Assembly: GCA_963843845.1 (NCBI GenBank) | Contig: CAWJMB010000002.1 | Coordinates: forward strand, 2,976,001-3,040,000 | Source: an uncultured Gemmatimonadaceae bacterium | Lineage (GTDB): Bacteria > Gemmatimonadota > Gemmatimonadetes > Gemmatimonadales > Gemmatimonadaceae | Length of the DNA: 64,000 nt | Direction of reading: 5' to 3' | Shown: piece by piece, positions 63,551 to 64,000 of the stretch | Numbering within the stretch: position 1 is the first letter of the stretch | Layout of the letters: each line of letters starts with the position of its first letter | Position numbers and translations under genes: made by a program | Notes under the pieces: generated by a model | What the model was told of the DNA's origin: nothing | The model's database searches: none | Seen by the model: only the letters and a program-made list of their open reading frames with translations

Positions 63551-64000
63551 ATGACCGCACAATTTCACCGTTCGGCCCGCGTCGCCGCGATCGCGGCGAC
63601 CGGCCTCGCCGTCGCAGCGTGCGAGGGACCCACGACGTCCACGGCGCGTCCCGAGGTTCCGCAATCGGCCGCCGCCGCGATCGCTGCGGGGGTTCCGGTC
63701 CTTCCCACGTTGGAGGCGCGTCCGGCGAGTGGTGCCAGCTTCCTCCGCCTCAACGCCGTCGATGTCACCGTTCCGGCACGGGCGGTCGGCGCGCAGGCCG
63801 TCGTCGCCGCCGCCGTCGCGCCGGGCACGCTCGTGCGATCGCTGACGGCGCCGAACCCGGACGGCTGCGGCATCCAGACGGGCATCGCGTTCGACGGCAC
63901 GAATCTGATGATGACCTGCTGGTACAACCAGCGGATCGATCTGTACAACCCCTCGACCGGGGCGCTCGTGAAGCGCCTCAACGTTCCGTCGCTCAGCGGC
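63551..64000 (+). CDS. Exported lipoprotein, probable beta-propeller (partial, runs off window end; absent from ORF track)
   Basis: Manual translation MTAQFHRSARVAAIAATGLAVAAC...GIAFDGTNLMMTCW...IDLYNPSTGALVKRL is open to the window end. Lipobox VAAC; GGAG RBS. Confidence 0.75.
   Translation, partial: MTAQFHRSARVAAIAATGLAVAACEGPTTSTARPEVPQSAAAAIAAGVPVLPTLEARPASGASFLRLNAVDVTVPARAVGAQAVVAAAVAPGTLVRSLTAPNPDGCGIQTGIAFDGTNLMMTCWYNQRIDLYNPSTGALVKRLNVPSLSG

Overview
Very high-GC (roughly three-quarters G+C by eye) bacterial chromosomal DNA. Gene content and protein styles suggest Gemmatimonadota (inference). It is gene-dense and mostly core or envelope function. I see no integrase, transposase, prophage, CRISPR array, rRNA or tRNA. 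Several segments (about 1-3.5 kb, 28.5-29.5 kb, 34.1 kb, 41.7-44.1 kb, 50.4-51.1 kb, 58.3-63.1 kb) carry clustered indels that break conserved genes, most likely sequencing or assembly error. Main content in order: mntH-usp-mntR manganese operon with a DtxR-type operator; TonB-dependent-receptor-like barrel plus beta-propeller; Nudix, rhodanese and LD-carboxypeptidase; GT2; an orphan 1112-aa gamma-class adenine DNA methyltransferase; a photoactive yellow protein (PYP) homologue upstream of pterin carbinolamine dehydratase; hrpB; a DUF1800/DUF1501 pair; a type II secretion operon (H-I-J-K-L-M-C-D-E-F, no G or O); trpF; beta-oxidation genes; a 6S RNA with its own promoter; an Lnb/DUF4105 plus Ig-repeat pair divergent from an ECF43-type sigma/Ser-Thr kinase pair; a serpin; ispH; cardiolipin synthase. 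The most unusual signals are: (i) a dispersed non-palindromic octamer CGTTRGGC (32 copies counted by eye) that uses rare TTA/TTG Leu codons in coding regions; (ii) the PYP homologue with intact Tyr42/Glu46/Cys69 but no chromophore genes nearby; (iii) the Lnb-like/Ig-repeat/ECF-kinase module; (iv) an apparently leaderless pseudopilin.
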